A stretch of DNA of 64,000 nt, taken from assembly GCA_963514005.1 (NCBI GenBank), contig OY740783.1, positions 27,652,001 to 27,716,000 of the forward strand, written 5' to 3'. The position numbers and the translations under genes were made by a program. The notes beneath the pieces are model-generated. The model saw only the letters and a list, made by a program, of their open reading frames with translations. It was not told the origin of the DNA and did no database searches. Positions 62,482-64,000 of this stretch are shown here, piece after piece; the stretch's first letter is position 1; every line of letters begins with the position of its first letter. Source of the stretch: Raja brachyura (taxonomy: Eukaryota).

Positions 62482-63289
62482 CCCTCCTCGCCCAACCCTC
62501 AATCACCTTCATCTGGTAATCTTAGTCAATTCAATCATACTATGCAAAGTCATTTCTATTGTTGGTTCTGTGATTCCACGCCGCTACTTTGAAGTATGTC
62601 GAGCATGCGCGCCGGCGGGCTCTTCACGAAATCCCTCACTTCGACTCCTCATAAAATAAAGATCAACCTTCGAACTGGTAAGTTCTCGTTCAATCTTACT
62701 ATTCTCTGCCACAGAAGGTAGTTGAGGCCAATTCATTGTCTATATTTAAGAGGGAGTTAGATGTGGCCCTTGTGGCAAAGGGATCAGGGGTATGGAGATA
62801 AGGCAGGTACAGGATACTGAGTTGGATGATCAGCCATGATCATATTGAATGGCGATGTAGGCTCAAAGGGCCCGAATGGCTACTCCTGCACCTATTTTCT
62901 ATGTTTCTATGTTGGGAAGAAGCTGTTCTTGAACTTGGAGGCCACGATTTTCATACCTTTATAACATTACCTTCTTCCCAATAATGGTAGGAGTGAAATG
63001 CGAGTGCTACCAGGGCGGTGTGGTTCTTTGATGATTCTGTCTGCCTCTCTGAGTCAGCTCTTCCTAAACATCCCTTCATAGTGGGGAGTTCAGTACCCGT
63101 GATGGACTAGCGGTGTCCATCACATGTAATCTCCTTCGTTCCTGGGCATACGAGTTGCCGAACAAGGCAATGATACAACCAGTCAATATGCTCTCTATTA
63201 TATACCTATAGAGGTTCAAGACAGTATTCACCAAATTCTCTCATAAACGCAATGTCAGCAAAACGAAGGAGCTGGTCAGCAACTTCAGG

Positions 63290-63990
63290 AATGCTGGATG
63301 GTGTACACACTCCAGTCTGCCACAATGGTGCTGGTCAAAATGGTCAAAAGCTTCATGTTCCAAAATGGTCCAAAGCTTCATGTTTTGACCATGTAAACAT
63401 CACCAACAATTTGCCTTGGTCCAAAACATTGACACCACAGTCATGTAATCTACCAACACTCCTTCTTCTCAGAGGACTCAGGCAATGTGGCATATCTCAA
63501 ATAACATTTACCAATATCTACAGAAGCACCATCGAAAGCATCCTATCCGGATGCTACCAGGTGCATATTTGCTTGGCATGACAACTGATCTTCCCAAGAT
63601 CGGAAAGGATTGCAGAGTGTTGTGAACACAGCTCAGTCCATCACCAGCATCCTACCCATCAACTCCACCTATACATCACACTGCTTCAGGAGAGCAGCCA
63701 AGATAATCAAGGACTAGTCACATCTCTCTTCTCCCCTCTCCGTTTGGGCAGCAGACTTGGTGGTATATGCTTGAATGCACGTAGCTCAAAATTCATGAAC
63801 AGCATGAACAGCTTCATCGCCATTATGAATAGACTGTTGGACACATCTCTCATAAACCGAGGATGAATTTCCAATCTTCCAATCTATGTCTTTGTAGCCT
63901 TTGCAATTTTTAACTGTGCCTACTCTGTAGGAGCAACACTTTACTTATTTTCTCTTTTGCAGCACTAGATGTACTTATGTTAGAGATGAT
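63290..63990 (+). mobile_element. Old Rex/Babar-like LINE 3' fragment
   Basis: VNITNNLPWS...YRSTIESILSGC, homologous to 14364-14666. Confidence 0.65.
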
Positions 63991-64000
63991 TTCATCAGGA

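Larger units (their letters stand above)
57383..62703 (+). mobile_element. DIRS1-type tyrosine-recombinase retrotransposon, copy 2 (apparently intact)
   Basis: Three open overlapping ORFs; ITRs 57410-57445 and 62595-62630; ICR 62369-62481; ATT at both junctions. Confidence 0.98.
54200..62912 (+). mobile_element. Long CR1 LINE (ORF1 esterase, APE, RT; decayed), split by DIRS copy 2
   Basis: ORF1 SGNH-esterase motifs (VHIGTNDIG, IISGLLPVP, W.QYKQD..HL) at 54200-54600; APE LNARSI...GITETW at 54797; RT NYRPVSLTS, DFQKAFDKV, GVPQGSVLGP, KFADD; (TTTCTATG)n tail at ~62896-62912. Confidence 0.95.

Overview
A repeat-dense vertebrate window with no recognisable host exon. The repeat set (V-SINE/HE1-like SINEs, HER1/CR1 LINEs, Rex/Babar, L1, Penelope hairpins) points to a cartilaginous fish, probably a skate or ray (inference). 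Main contents: (1) two near-identical ~5.3-kb DIRS1-type tyrosine-recombinase retrotransposons in opposite orientation, 5389-10722 (-, decayed) and 57383-62703 (+, gag, RT-RNaseH-methyltransferase and YR all open). Both sit at the same nucleotide (GAATCTGTGGA-ATT-CTYTGCCACAGAAGG) of CR1 LINE 3' ends from two different subfamilies, suggesting a LINE-targeting DIRS. (2) A 2.7-kb non-autonomous LTR element (16029-18709; 161-bp LTRs, tRNA-Ser PBS, 5-bp TSD) carrying ASPM-like IQ repeats. (3) A decayed class-I-like endogenous retrovirus (24891-32575, TSD CCAT) with several nested insertions. (4) A non-autonomous Helitron holding a copy of neighbouring DNA, a Harbinger-like TIR element, and many Penelope-derived repeats with minimal hammerhead-ribozyme cores. 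All alignments were made by eye; boundaries of old fragments are approximate.
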